Source: the human T2T-CHM13v2.0 reference genome, Homo sapiens. Taken from it: 64,000 bases of DNA. The position numbers and the translations under genes were made by a program. Each line of letters opens with the position of its first letter. The stretch's first letter is position 1. Below, in pieces: positions 62,448 to 64,000 of the stretch. Below the pieces are notes generated by a model. That model had not been told where the DNA came from. It saw only the letters and a program-made list of their open reading frames with translations, and ran no database searches. Location of the stretch: assembly GCF_009914755.1 (NCBI RefSeq), contig NC_060928.1; one strand, written 5' to 3'.

Positions 62448-62994
62448 ACAAAGCACAGTTTTCAAAAGCAGATGTCTCTTTAGAAGGACAACAACCCAAA
62501 GGATGGGATCCCTGGGACATGGCCGGGGATGCGCTGTCAGAGCATTCGTTTGCCAGGTCACTTTGTCTCTGACTTGCACGTCATATTTGCACACCTCCCT
62601 CAGCCAGAATGCATGCTCCTCTGTTCTCCAAGCACAGCAGTCCAGATGAATGCAAAGGAAGTGGCTTTTCTCATCTCCGCTGCACGTAGTGCCGGGCAGG
62701 AATTGACAACAGGGGAGCAGGAAATTTTCCATTTGAATTAGAAGGCTAAGATGTCCCCTACCTTCTCTGGGACAATTGGTCCGTCTGGGCTGGCATTTGC
62801 TGTGTGGAATGGAAAGGAGTTATGCTGGAGGAAGTGAATGAGCAACAACCTCATATCAGGGATATTTAAGGTCTGACAGCTGAGAAGCTCATCAGCAACA
62901 ATCCTGGTGCAAATTGGGAGCTTCTGGAAACAGGGACCACCAATTCTCCTCTCCCAATTTTATTATGATTAGGTCCCAATCAAAAGATTATTTG

Positions 62995-63319
<325 letters not shown>

Positions 63320-63329
63320 CTATTTGGGA

Positions 63330-64000
63330 ACAGCTTTATTGAGCTCTAATTCACATATCATACAATTCATCCATTTGAAGTGTTCGATTCCATGGCTTTT
63401 AGCATATCCCAGAGCTGTGCAATCATCACCACAACCAATTTTAAAACATCTCCGTCACCCCTCAAAGAAACCCAGACCCTTCAGCCCTCACTCCCTCATC
63501 CTCCTCCCATTACCCCCACATCTAGGCTACCATGAATCCACTTTCTGTTTCTATAGATTTTCCTGTTCTGGACATTGCATATAAATGGAATGGTACAATA
63601 TGTGGTCTTTGTACTTCTTTCACTTAGCGTAATGTCTTCAAAGTTCATCCAGGTTGCAGCCTGTAACACTACTCCATTCCTCGTTATGGCAAAATAATAT
63701 TGTGTTATACGAGGAGACCGCATTGTATTAATCCACTCATCAGTTGCTGATCATTTGGATTGTGTCCACTTTTTGGCTATTATTAAGAATGCTGCTATGA
63801 ACCTTTATGTACAAGTTTGTGGGTGGACGTATGTTTTCATTTCTCTTGGGTGTATGTCTAAGGGTGGAAGTTCTGGGTCATATCGGAGCTCTATGTTTAG
63901 CCTTTGGAGGAAACACTGAATTGTTTTCCAAAGTGACTGCACCACTTTGCATTCCCACCAGAGTGTATGCGGTTCCCATTTCTCCCATCCTCACTAATAC
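63330..64000 (-). mobile_element. L1MB-type 3' end, running off the window
   Basis: acagctttattgag...catacaattcatccatttgaagtg...ctggacattgcatataaatggaat. Confidence 0.85.

Overview
Primate (almost certainly human, 4q35.1) genomic DNA. The + strand carries the last seven coding exons of WWC2 (KIBRA family, Hippo pathway). They join in frame through GT-AG introns into 338 codons ending ...PADDV*, followed by a 3' UTR of probably about 5 kb. Two single-exon claudin genes lie on the - strand: CLDN22 (43012-43674, inside the probable long WWC2 3' UTR) and CLDN24 (45220-45882). They share a 461-bp core with only 3 mismatches, while their termini and flanks have diverged. The rest is intronic or intergenic and repeat-rich: a 5'-truncated L1PA2/3-like element with TSD, a ~6.3-kb old L1MC-type element, about 17 Alus (one carries the AluYd-type 12-bp deletion), MaLR LTRs, DNA-transposon relics, a U13 snoRNA retrocopy, an 8x42-bp VNTR and a (CCAT)n tract. 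The most unusual observations are: (1) a perfect 29-bp copy of a WWC2 splice acceptor plus exon start written into an old DNA transposon 1.9 kb downstream, a candidate decoy acceptor or poison exon; (2) the CLDN22/CLDN24 conversion tract, which makes the long WWC2 3' UTR antisense to both claudins, potentially switched by alternative polyadenylation. No prokaryote-type system (CRISPR, retron) is supported. Gene names and repeat subfamily names come from recall and were not checked by database search.
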